Source of the DNA: Harriotta raleighana
Taxonomy: Eukaryota
NCBI GenBank assembly: GCA_050575255.1
Contig: JBNZDD010013664.1
Location: forward strand, 2,845,481-2,909,480
Length of the DNA: 64,000 nt
Direction of reading: 5' to 3'
Shown here: piece after piece, positions 1-11,009 of the stretch
How the letters are laid out: each line of letters begins with the position of its first letter
How positions within the stretch are numbered: the first letter of the stretch is position 1
Made by a program: the position numbers and the translations under genes
The notes under the pieces: model-generated
What the model was told of the DNA's origin: nothing
The model's database searches: none
Seen by the model: the letters and a program-made list of their open reading frames with translations, nothing else

Positions 1-450
1 GTGGTGGAGAATAGGAGCCTCGGGTTGTTCTTCCCTTCCAGGATTATCCTGGAGTAGAAGGACGACTTGGCTGAGGCTAGTGCGGAGCGGTAGGACTTGA
101 GGAGGTCCAGCCAGATTTGCCGGTGGACCGTCAGTCCAGATTTGAGGCAGGTGCGTTCAGCCGCCCGCACCTGGCTCTTGAGTGAACGGAGGTGAGTGGT
201 AAACCAGGGGGAGGAGCGAGAGTAGGAGACAGTACGGGAGGTAAGTGGGGCAAGAGTGTCGAGTGTGGAGGAGAGGGTGTTGTGGAGGAGGGTGAGGGCA
301 GAAGTGGGGTCAGTGAGGGATGAGGGCCAGAGGGAGAGGAGTTCGGAGGACTCCAAGGCAGCAGTCAGAGAGTGTGGGGGTAACTTCTTCCAGGGGCGAT
401 AGAAGATGGTGGTGGGTCTGGTGGAAGTGGGAAGAGGTGAGGAGGTTGCT
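1..450 (-). mobile_element. L2-clade LINE ORF2 fragment (region between endonuclease and RT), running off the left edge
   Basis: The minus strand reads without stops as ...LDTLAPLTSRTVSYSRSSPWFTTHLRSLKSQVRAAERTCLKSGLTVHRQIWLDLLKSYRSALASAKSSFYSRIILEGKNNPRLLFST. This PWF...AER...NPR.LF pattern is typical of L2/CR1-group ORF2. Confidence 0.85.
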
Positions 451-1048
451 CAAGGTTGCTGACCATGCTTGTGTTGTTACTAGATTGTTTTAATTGGTGT
501 CTGATTGGAACTAACTATAATTAATTGTTAATATCTCCATATCCCAACAATTCCCACCTTGCGGTAACATCTCCACGCCGCAATAGTTTAACTTTTTAGG
601 TTCCGAACCGATCACTACTCAAACACACGTTACAACTCTTTCACCCTCATGACACAACACTAGTGCATGACTGTTTTATAAAAGGCTGTTTTTGATTGAA
701 TGGAAATAGTTTAAGGAAAATCTTTTTTCATTATATTCCTATTGCAAGATCCAATATTATATTGCAGACAACCGAAACAGTAAAACTCACCCGAGTCTGC
801 TTATAATTGTATAATCGTCTAAATCGCACATTCCCGAGTCCCATTCGGTTTCCGATCAAAACCGCTAAGATTTCTTTACACCAATTGTATTACTCTCCTA
901 GCTCATAACTCCGCTCTCCTACCCTCCTTTACGCTCTCATACCAGCAAACCGTAGGAAATCAAATTTTACTATGGATCCTTGTTGTTGGTTCAGCTTTGT
1001 TTAGCTACTCTGCTGCATGCCTGCTTTTATTACAAACACTGTTTAGAG

Positions 1049-1344
1049 CAGTGGTTCTGAACTGTTTTTTTGCTGCGACCCGAAATTAGCCACCAACTGA
1101 TCCTCCCGAACCTTAGGGAACAATTACTCAACTGAAGCGAAGCTCAGTCAAGACAATATCTCCGTCTCTTTTGTGGACTCAGTGTAACTTGCTAGTGCGG
1201 TCTTTCATACAAATTGGTTGATGGTGTCACCTCGGGCACTTTACAGCATTAAAAAAAGAAAACAAATTCTGATGACCCTTCGCGATCCTCCTGAGGTCCC
1301 CCGCGACCCTGATTTGGATCGGGACCCGAGATTGGGAACCGCTG
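1049..1344. mobile_element. Non-autonomous hAT (Charlie-like) DNA transposon / MITE
   Basis: Terminal inverted repeats CAGTGGTTCTGAA...TTGGGAACCGCTG, flanked by an 8-bp target-site duplication gtttagag (1041-1048) / gtttatag (1345-1352). Confidence 0.8.
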
Positions 1345-1949
1345 GTTTATAGATTGTGGAAATGTATTAATTTTAGAAACCTCCAATGAATGTGCAGATT
1401 TTTATGGCCTCTCTATTCCATTCTGTCTAATTCACTTGCATTTGGTTTATAATAAGAATAATAATCCTTGCATTTTGATATCATGTCTTATCACTTCGTT
1501 GTGTCATCTCAAAGTGCTTCACAGGATATGCCGTAAAGAGGCTGAATTTTGTAAGAAGGAAAAATTATGTCTGCACACAAAAAAGCAGCGCAAACTTTAT
1601 AAAATGAATGGTTGCCTCCCAATACTAACTCGCCACATTATGAACAGTTGGAAAAACAAACCAGATTGGGAGTTGGAGAGCTTGAGCAACTTGTCTGTGG
1701 GTTAAATACAAAAGCTTTGATCTTGAATGTGCTGATTGTTCCTGCACCTCTGATGAAGCAGAAATGTGTGTGCAATGGCACAAAGGTCAAAATAAAATTC
1801 TGCAAGCGAGCAATACACATCTAGAAAATGCAAGTACTGAGGTACATTAAAGCATCCATTTGTGACCCAGCAAACAGAGCACTTGAGTCTAATACCCAAG
1901 CAGTAAATTTGACTAGTTGGAACATGTTTCCCATGTCTGCTTTTGCTGA

Positions 1950-2186
<237 letters not shown>

Positions 2187-2324
2187 TAGCTGATATTGTT
2201 ATTCCTTTGGGAAGGAATAGGGGTTGATTTTGGAGTTAAAACTCTGGGGTATTGAGGAGAGGTAAGGAAATCTTTATTGCTTCTGGAATTTATTAGTGAT
2301 TTGCTTTTTTTTCATACATAAAAG

Positions 2325-2633
2325 GTCTTCGCCAGGATTATGCCTCCAGTTCAGCATCCGCTTCACGTCGCAGCTCCAGTGCTTCCCTCAACTCCCTGCG
2401 GAGGGGTACCTACAGCGACCAAGAGTTTGACACTTACAGTCTGGATGACGAAGATGAATATGATCATGCCTTCACACAGCGCAGCATGCACAGATACTCT
2501 CCCTCTCCGCGAAGTTCACCGCGATCCCAGTCTCCAGTCAGAGGAGGAGCAGTGACCAGTGGGCGAGCACGGCCCCCACGGCGGGGACTGCAGGGCCGAG
2601 TGTCCGAGTTAATGAATTACACAAAGAATCAAG
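2325..2633 (+). CDS. SLAIN-like internal exon
   Basis: aaag|GT...CAA G|gtacc, phase-compatible. Encodes LRQDYASSSASASRRSSSASLNSLRRGTYSDQEFDTYSLDDEDEYD...SPSPRSSPRSQSP... Confidence 0.93.
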
Positions 2634-3189
2634 GTACCACCACATCCTTCCCCCATTGTTACACTGAGGCCTTTAGATTATTGAGCTGGTTGGGAGGTAC
2701 TTTTTGTTGAGTATAGTGAGGAAACAAAATTTAGATTTTAATAAGGATATGGTCAAGCTATTTAGCTCTGACGCACAGAAAATCATCAACTGTTGATTAG
2801 TTTGGTCACTATGTAACTAGAAGTAAAATTCTTCCCTGATCCTTCCATTGGCTATAGTTTTTACAGCCAGTTTGCATGTGCGGCCACACACTAGGCTGTA
2901 GTTAGCAGGCAGGAGAGAGTATTTAGGCACTGCTCTTGATGTTCTATATTCTAGCTTTTCAGCACTCTCGTACATTGGCTGACGTGTTTTACCCACAAGA
3001 TACACAGTCTCACACTTGAGTGTATTCTGTGAAGCACTTTGAGACATCTCGATGTGATAAGGTGTTGTATCAAATGCAAAGATAATAATAATCTGTTTAT
3101 TTGATATAGTGCCTTATCCTGTATTATTATTATTATCACAGGAGTTGGGTCCAAATTGGCAGTGGTGAATATCTGAGGAAGCTGGACAT

Positions 3190-3478
3190 CCTTTTCGCCC
3201 ACAAACATACAGTTGGTTTTTCCTGCTCTCCATCCCCCTACCCTGACCCCTCCCGTTGCCATCTTTTTCCCCCTAACCCAACTTCCATGACTGTTTGTGG
3301 GACACTGCTGTGCGCAATTTGCCTGCCATGTTTCGCCCACAAATATACAACAACAACAACAACAAAATTACATTTATAGAGCGCGTTTCACGTCAGGAGG
3401 ACGTCCCAAGGCACAGTCAGTTTTCCTACTTTCCTTCCCTTGAAAGGCGCTATATAAATGTAATTTTGATTGATTGAT
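3190..3478 (+). mobile_element. Deu-domain SINE variant with (GATT)n tail, interrupted by an antisense L2-type tail
   Basis: Contains the core tgtttgtgggacactgctgtgcgcaatt and ends gaaaggcgctatataaatgtaattttgattgattgatt. An inverted (AAC)n/L2 tail sits at about 3348-3413. Confidence 0.7.
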
Positions 3479-4296
3479 TCTCCCGTCATGAAAAGCGCTA
3501 TGCGATTACAATTTGTTGTTGTTGTTATCATCAGCATGCTTGGTATTATTACTGAATATTCTCTGGTACATTTCATTTCCCCTGATGTGGAACATTATAT
3601 TATTAATTATTATTATTATAACATTCATCCTCGCTCCCAAAGCCAACTATGAAGCTTGGTGACATCACACTGTCAGCCACTTAAGACTGCTGGAGTCTTG
3701 CATTTTCAACCATTTCTATGATCATTCCCATCGTTTGGTGTCCAATTCTGCCATTGTTTAGTGCTCAGAATCTATCCTATAGGAAGAGTGCTTGTATCAA
3801 TGCAAGTTGCTGTTGATCTTGTTAAAAGAGGTGCATTCGTTTTCAGCCTGGGCTTATTCCTGCGGTTGGGGTGGGGGGGACAAGCCCCAAATTAGAGTAA
3901 ACAAAACACTGCACGATGGGCAGTATCCTTTTTGAGGGACACAAGTTGCAGGAATACTGAAGTGGTTTCATCGCTGTGAAGCAAACTTTATTCCAATATA
4001 CGTTTCGCTTCAGTTGCAAACTGCAGCTCATTGTCACTCCTAACAAGCACATTTTCAATGAAAATATTTTTTGCAATGATCCATTGAGGAAACTATTAGT
4101 TTAGATTTGTTGGCTCGCCTGCACACATACTTTCTTTTATTAATTTTGCGCAGTTTGTTTTAAACAAGATCCATGCTTTGAATGGGTGCTGCCTGCTCCA
4201 ACAATTGCAGAAGGTCTTTGCCTGCCTACCCATCCCCTCCAGTTATTTTGTAAACCATAGAATGGGCTAACAGTCTAATTTCATCTCCTGTTACAG

Positions 4297-4434
4297 AAGA
4301 TATACGCCGCAGTATGCCCAATCTGGCCAAGTCTGGGATTCGCTCCATTGATTCAGGCAGGAACAGCCGAAGCTTTGAATCTAATCTCCAAATGCCCAGC
4401 AGTCGTTTCTCCCGTTTTCCGCAGTCTCCGGCAG
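4297..4434 (+). CDS. SLAIN-like internal exon
   Basis: ttacag|AA...GCA G|gtgtgt. Encodes EDIRRSMPNLAKSGIRSIDSGRNSRSFESNLQMPSSRFSRFPQSPA, matching the SLAIN 'LRRSxPNL' and 'RNSxSF.SNL' motifs. Confidence 0.92.
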
Positions 4435-5147
4435 GTGTGTTACACCAGAACTAGTTCAGGAACTGGAGAAAATACTCAACTGATTGCCCCATTCCCAAAG
4501 ATAAACACTGACCAACATAGTCTCCCAGAACACAGTTGCGGTCTATGTGATTACCTTCACCTTCTATTGTTGAAGAACTATAATGTAAATTTAGCCGATC
4601 TTAAGGGGAACTTCCATTATTTTCATACCCCGCAGCCAGTCCAGCGAATATATCATAGGGATTATGGCAGAAAAGTCTTGCTCCACTGCAGTTCTGAATA
4701 ATTCTGTTGAACGGGTACCTGTTGAAACTGCACTGTGAGTGACTTGTTGCAACGTGAGGGATAAAGTTAACTATTTACCTCATTCCAAAGTCACCAAATC
4801 TAATGGACACTTCTGTTAAAGAGTAGAACTTGGATATACATTTTCTGTGGAAAGCCACATGTATTTATATGCACTGTGGCTTAACCCCTGCAATTAATCA
4901 TCAGCAATTATAGGCCATTTTCACTGGCCCTGAGATCTTACTAATTTTCCAGTCAGCTTGTGAATGTATTAAAAATCTAGCAGTTAAATGGTTTACCAAT
5001 CTCAAGATAATGGCGCTATGACAATTCATTTTTTAACCAGGAATTTATATTTTTACCATAATTAATACATGATTTTACTGAAAACTTTATGACAAATAAA
5101 CTAAAAGCGCTGTGATAACTAATAATCCGTTTTGATTTATTTCCTAG

Positions 5148-5463
5148 GACCATCTACTGGCAAGCTCAGGTATTCTACTGGATGTAGCAACCAGTCTCCT
5201 CTTTCCACCAGACAGCCCGTCAAAGCTGTTGGTAACAGTAGCTCTCCCTTAATGACAAGGCATCCAGTCAAATCTGCAGGTTACCCTGGTTCTGTGAATG
5301 CTGTTCGTAGAATCCAGTCCCCATCGTCTTCAAGTGCTGTTGCCTCGTCTGTAAGATCCTCCAGTTCTGGGTTTGGAGCCAGAAACACCCCTGCCAAGTC
5401 CCGAGTTTCAGGCACCAGCTCTGCCTCAGTGCCCAAGAGCAAGCTTGTACCGCCAGTACGAAG
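5148..5463 (+). CDS. SLAIN-like penultimate exon (Ser/Pro/basic low-complexity region)
   Basis: cctag|GA...CGA AG|gtgagg. Encodes PSTGKLR...SPLSTRQPVKA...VPKSKLVPPVRR. Confidence 0.9.
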
Positions 5464-6831
5464 GTGAGGCATTAATATGGATGACTTCAGTGTACAGTAA
5501 AACTCACACAAGTCTGATCTGTACAGTTCTATATTCATTTAAATTATGCATCTGTCCAAATTCCATTCAAGAGTTTGTACAGTCTATGCAAGTTTAACTT
5601 AACTCATACTTTGTACAAGTCATTAAATGTTCGGTTCCAACTGATACGACTCGTGTGAGGTTTATCGTAGATTCACAAATGTGTTCTTTGAAATGGTAGG
5701 ACATCTATCTATTGAATATATTACTGTACCTACAGTTGCTTGATTTAAAAAAAAATGATATTCTAAAGAGAAATAATATCTTGCCACGTCATGGCTTCCC
5801 CAACTCTTCCAATGGAGGATCTTTTAATGTTTTTGAAGCTGAAAGATATTTTTTCTTAGACCTTCAGTCGATGAGGAAGAAAATGTAGCAAGATTAGTCC
5901 TTTTGATTTGAACACTTTCTGTTTTGATATTCAAATACTTAAGAGAATTCCCTTTTTTTCTGTCAGAGTACAATTATATATTTTTTAATGTTTTGGGGGT
6001 CATCCGCATGATTGGTGGAAACAAATTGCTGGGCTCCAAACAAAACAGTTGCATGCATCCCACCTATTCAGTGAAACAAAGTTAGTTATCAGAATGAAAT
6101 GCGCGTTACCTCCCTGGTAGAAAACATTTTGCTTGTCTGATTCTGGAAGGCATTAGGTGCAGGTTGGCAAGAGCCAAAGCTTGGGGTCCCCAGAGTGTGT
6201 GTTGGGATACTTAAGCAGCTAAAATAACATGACTTGGCATTAAAATGCTTATCGTTTAAGCGTTCCTGCTGATTGTCCAGCTGAGAGCACCCAATCCATT
6301 GGGAGCTTTGACTCGGAGGCTTAACAGGAGCTAAGCGGGAAGAATCTCTGTTTATTGACTTTCGTTTTCCATTTCTGGCCAATAAGCCAGGCTGGCAGAT
6401 CTGTCCTCAATATTGCCCTGGAATACTGTGGAACTGCTTGGCTCACAAATTGGACTATTGAGACCACCACAGCGGGATTCCATTGCCAAGCAGCATTCCT
6501 TAGAGCCTGTTCAAATGAAGAAGACCCTGCTTACCCATTAAAATGTAGAAGTCTTTTGTCTTTTGGTTTTAGATAGAGACGCTCTTTGTTTTTACTGTAT
6601 TCCTGTAGACCAGAAGAGAGGGTAATTAATTCAATGTTTTGCCCCACAGCTAATAATTTGTTCATATTACATACACAAACTTTGAGCTGTTTTGGTTTGT
6701 GTGTGGAAACTGAATCTAATGAATATTCTTGCCGAGATAATAGCAAGCAACAAACTAGTTATGTGCTTATTTACATGCATTTAACTCTGGGTACTTACTA
6801 TGTGCTATTAATCAAACTCCTCTATTATTAG

Positions 6832-6898
6832 ATCTCTTCAGCCTCCAAAGTCGCATAGCAGTGTGGCCGAAGACAAGTGGAAAGAAGGCTGTTACTGA
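6832..6898 (+). CDS. SLAIN-like terminal coding exon
   Basis: ttag|A TCT CTT...TGT TAC TGA. Encodes SLQPPKSHSSVAEDKWKEGCY*, the SLAIN-type W-x-[DE]-G-C-Y C-terminus. Confidence 0.93.
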
Positions 6899-9580
6899 GT
6901 GACGCTCAAACATCCACAAATTGTTGACATCTATTGAATTGAAAGCCCAGCTGGCTGGGTGTTGGGTCCAATTAAAATCAACGTGTATTGTGTGGGAAGG
7001 TGGGTGTGGGGGGGAGAAGAAGAGTGGGGAGAGAGAGAGAAAATCAAGCTCTGACAATGGAACAGTGTTTTGTAAAGACTGGCTTTAAATGTTAGCGGCC
7101 ATCTGTGCCAGGATTGTGGTTGCTGGGCCCATGTTTTGTGTTGAATCATTGGACTGGTTATTTGGAACCAGGTTGTGCCATGATAGGTTTATGTTAAATG
7201 AGCCAGTTTACATATTTAAGCTTGACAAGCTGAAACCTTCCAAACTGACAGTGAGTGACCTTAACTGGTGGAAAAGGGTAAACTTATGAAACCTGATAGT
7301 TTTTGAAACAGCAAAAGTAATCACATTTTGCCTTGAAGCTTTATAGTTTGAAACTTTATAATTTCCTAATGTACACACAGCGCAGATAATGGGGAGAGTG
7401 ATTTGAGCCAATGGCATCAATCTACTTGGAGAACGCTGCAGATGCCAAGTGTCTGAACATTCCCTGATTCAATTCTACTCTGGAACTCCCTGGCACTCTT
7501 CAAAGGAATTTCATCAATGACAACAATAAAAAAAATATTAATGATCCTGTGTTTGCTGCAGAAAATGGACAGACAAGACTTGGTGTTCCTCTATCTTGGT
7601 GTTAACTGCATTGCACAGGAGACATCACATTTCACCAGTTGTGAACTGTTTCATCGACCTATTGACCAATGTCCCTTTTGCAAATGTATCAAGATGTGAA
7701 TGTGTGTGTGTGGAATGAGGAAGTCTATCTGGTACAACATTCTTGAGAATATTTTCTTAGGGTGTAGTTTGTGTATAGTTTTACTGTCTCCTTTGCACCT
7801 GTGCAAAGACAGTACAAAATGTGTGATCTCTGCCATGCTGTGTGTAAAACCTACTGCGTGGGATTCGGGTTTAGAATTACGATTGATGGTTAAAGGTGGG
7901 AAGTTAAGCAACACCAAAGCTATTCTGCATTGTAACCTGCTGTACACAGGGCAGTCGTGGTGTGTGAAATGGTTTGATAGGTCACTGACTTTGCTGTACA
8001 GGCAATAAGAGAATTAAATTTTGAAAATCAAAACTGCCCTCCTGAATTGGATTCTGTCATGACTGGGTAATTAGGTTGGAGTAGTGATTTGTTCAGAAGG
8101 ACAGCCTGGCTATCTACTTATCAATGAGGAAAATCAGTATTCATACATAGTGCATTACAGCACTGATTTACAGACCTGCTTTGTTTTTAGGCACATGGGC
8201 TCCTACGTTTAGTCTTCTCCAGCTGGCTGGGAGCAAGACATGGAGTATTTGGATGTGCATTCCCTATTAAGTGTATTTCTAATCTTTCAGGCATGAGGTT
8301 TCCTCAAAGGGGGAGTTGACCACAATGCTTTTCTGTATCTCTTAACGTTGGATCTAAAGTGAATTTAAAAGGCTGATGAAACATTCCTCAATAATGGTAC
8401 TTGGAAGCCCTAAAAGGTGAAGAAAGGCTTGCTTTGAAAATAGGGAATGAAGGAGTCAACCACAAGCCAGAAACCGGGTCAGTCTTGATGGGTCTTGGAA
8501 TATAAAAATCCATCACCTTTGACCTTCAAATAAATCACTTGGCCCCCACCAACAATAAAAGATGTTTTGATAAGTGGTAAATTTAACAATGGTTTGCTCA
8601 ATTAATACATGAAACCAACCCCCAGGGGTCACAGCAGAACTGTTTGCACTTGAGTCGCTGCCAAATGTCAGTTTCAAATTTTTCCCCAGTATTTAACAAA
8701 GTGGAGATTATTTTGAAATTTCATTCCCATTCGTAACTGAACTTGCCTGTATTTACCAATGGAGTGAACCAGTTTTACTGAATATCTGCACACACTTGTT
8801 ACCTCAGGCAAACCCCTTCACCAATCCACTGAACCAAGATTATTATCATTGAAATCCTCATTAAAAGCACTGCCCCCTTGTCCTGTGTGTGGGACTAATG
8901 CACTTGGTGATCAGCTCGACACCTTGCTGGAGTTAGGTGGTTGAAAAGACACAATCACTGCTGAGGCCACTTAGAAACTTTTCAAACACTTTCCTGAAGA
9001 ATGCAATTTTTTTATGCTGCGTTAGTTTTAGAATAACTTATGATTTTTGCCAGAGACAAACATTTACTTGCTTTTATTGAGCCATTTGTGGCTCAATTCT
9101 ATTATTCCCCTAGTCAGGCTTTGGAGATATTGTGACTTAGTCATATTGCATTTCCTTTTCAAGGTTAGGAAAAAAAATGCCATGGTGACTAGTAAGAGCC
9201 AGGATAAAACTTATGGCACCAGTATTAAACTATTGTTTCTTATGCAACTCACCCCACTTGTGAGTAGTCTGGTCTGTGCTGTGATGTGAATTTTACTGTT
9301 CTGGATCTCATACAGCTGATTTACACAAACTGTGACCTTGTATATTTTTGGTTCTTAAAGGACATTACTGAGGGACCTTTGTTTTTAATGTGTACACTAT
9401 TACAAAGTCTTTATAAGATAGAAGCGTTGAGAGTCTGCTTAATTTCCAGTTTGTACATTCGCATGAAGCCTTTTTATGTGGTTTTATTTCCTTCACTGTG
9501 CTGACATTGATTGGGTAAATGTTGATTGTGAATGGCATTCCACCTGAATTTCTTAGTTAAATTAAACCTTTTTTAAAAAT
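6899..9580 (+). other. Probable long 3' UTR of the SLAIN-like gene
   Basis: Repeat-free, U/GU-rich stretch after the stop, with a candidate ATTAAA signal at 9561-9566. The end point is inferred. Confidence 0.5.
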
Positions 9581-10509
9581 AGATTTGCAACATTCTTGAG
9601 TCAATTATTTTGAGTCTGGGAACAGCTGACTTTCAGGGCATCAATGAATAATATACAGATTACTAAAACACTCCAAACTAAAATGTTAGCCTTGGCTGAG
9701 AGCACTAATGAATGCAGTATGTAAGATTGGAAGCTGATAATTTATATTGCTACTCATGCATTTGGTTGCAAGTTTCAGGTTTTTGCAATAAGGAGAAGCA
9801 ACAGTATCTATAATAAATGAAAGTTTGTTTCACAGCCTAAATGAGACCTGGTGAAGTCAAACAAGTGTTTACAATACCTACAGGACATAGTAAGAATCAT
9901 ACTTGGAAGCATCTTGGTGAAGATTTACCTTTACTTTACAAGACATGAGAAGTTTCCTCCTAACATGTTGTGAGTTGGGGTAAGGAACAGAACATATCCA
10001 AGGTGGCTGATTTGTTTCAATAAATAACATCCTGACTGCAAGTGAGGTTATCTTGCCACTAGCCCTCATCTCAAGATTCCTTTTTCTGGGCATGAATATG
10101 ACAACCAGTTTCTAGAAATAAGCAGTCAGTAAAATTGTCAATTAGATTGAGGCCTGTGGAAACTTGCCCCTGCCCTTCCGCAGTTAAAACATCCGTGATT
10201 TAAAATCATCAATGCCAACTCTACAAAAGTGGATGCTAAAGAGTGGTTGGCTCACTGCCTATAACCAAAATAAAGATTGGTCAGGGCAGCAGTTAAGTAA
10301 TTGAAAAGAATCCAATACACCTTTCTTCAGGGGGAACTCAATTATTTGTACTTGGAAATCTGTTTTTAGAGGGTGACAACTGATTACATTTCTATACCAC
10401 CTTTCACATTGGAAACCTTCTTAAGGCACTGGATAGTCATCAATATGAATCTGAGCAGGGGGTTAGTGCTTGTATGCCAAGAGTCTTGTGTATAAAGTTA
10501 GAAAATCTC

Positions 10510-10760
10510 AATAAAACAACAAAATTACATTTAGAGTGCCTTTCATGTTGGGAGGATGTTCCAAGGTGCGGACAATCAGGTCGGGACCTGAGCAAGAGTA
10601 GGGAGAGGGAGATTTGTGAGGTCAGCAAAAGGAGGGTCTTGAAACCGGCCTTGAAGGAGGCAAAGGGACTATGGGATGGAGTTCAAGAGGGACCAGAGAG
10701 GCTGAAAGCCTGTCCACTGATGGTAGAGCAGACTGGTTTGGGAGCATGCTGAACAGAGGG
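10510..10760 (-). mobile_element. L2 LINE 3' fragment
   Basis: aacaacaaaattacatttagagtgcctttcatg...gaggatgttccaagg is the reverse of the L2-type tail, followed by a purine-rich L2 body. Confidence 0.7.
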
Positions 10761-11009
10761 AGCAGGCAGGTTCATAGGGAGACTGCATCATTCACAGACA
10801 AAAAAAATCAAAGGAAGCTTCCATGGATCAGATCAAGCCACCAAGGTCTAACCAAACTTATATCAAGCTATATCAACCTGTTTTATATAGGACCCTATCA
10901 ACCAAGGTCTCATCAATTTCATAATATCTTCATCCCTTGCAAAACTAAGTTTGGAAATATTCTGTCTGGCTGCTTCTGTCTTCCATTGGACATTCAAGAA
11001 AACAAGATT

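Noticed and set aside
450-1040. G-poor stretch with scattered CpGs, considered as a mitochondrial insertion or a missing SLAIN exon
   Set aside because: I could not read a recognisable mitochondrial gene, SLAIN peptide or convincing splice pair. It may be low-quality sequence.
1745-1790. CTGATGA...GAAA, a possible hammerhead ribozyme core
   Set aside because: Only 4 nt separate the motifs, with no stem II and no stem I/III pairing. Other CTGATGA sites (8373, 56371, 56821, 58213) lack a suitably placed GAAA and stems.
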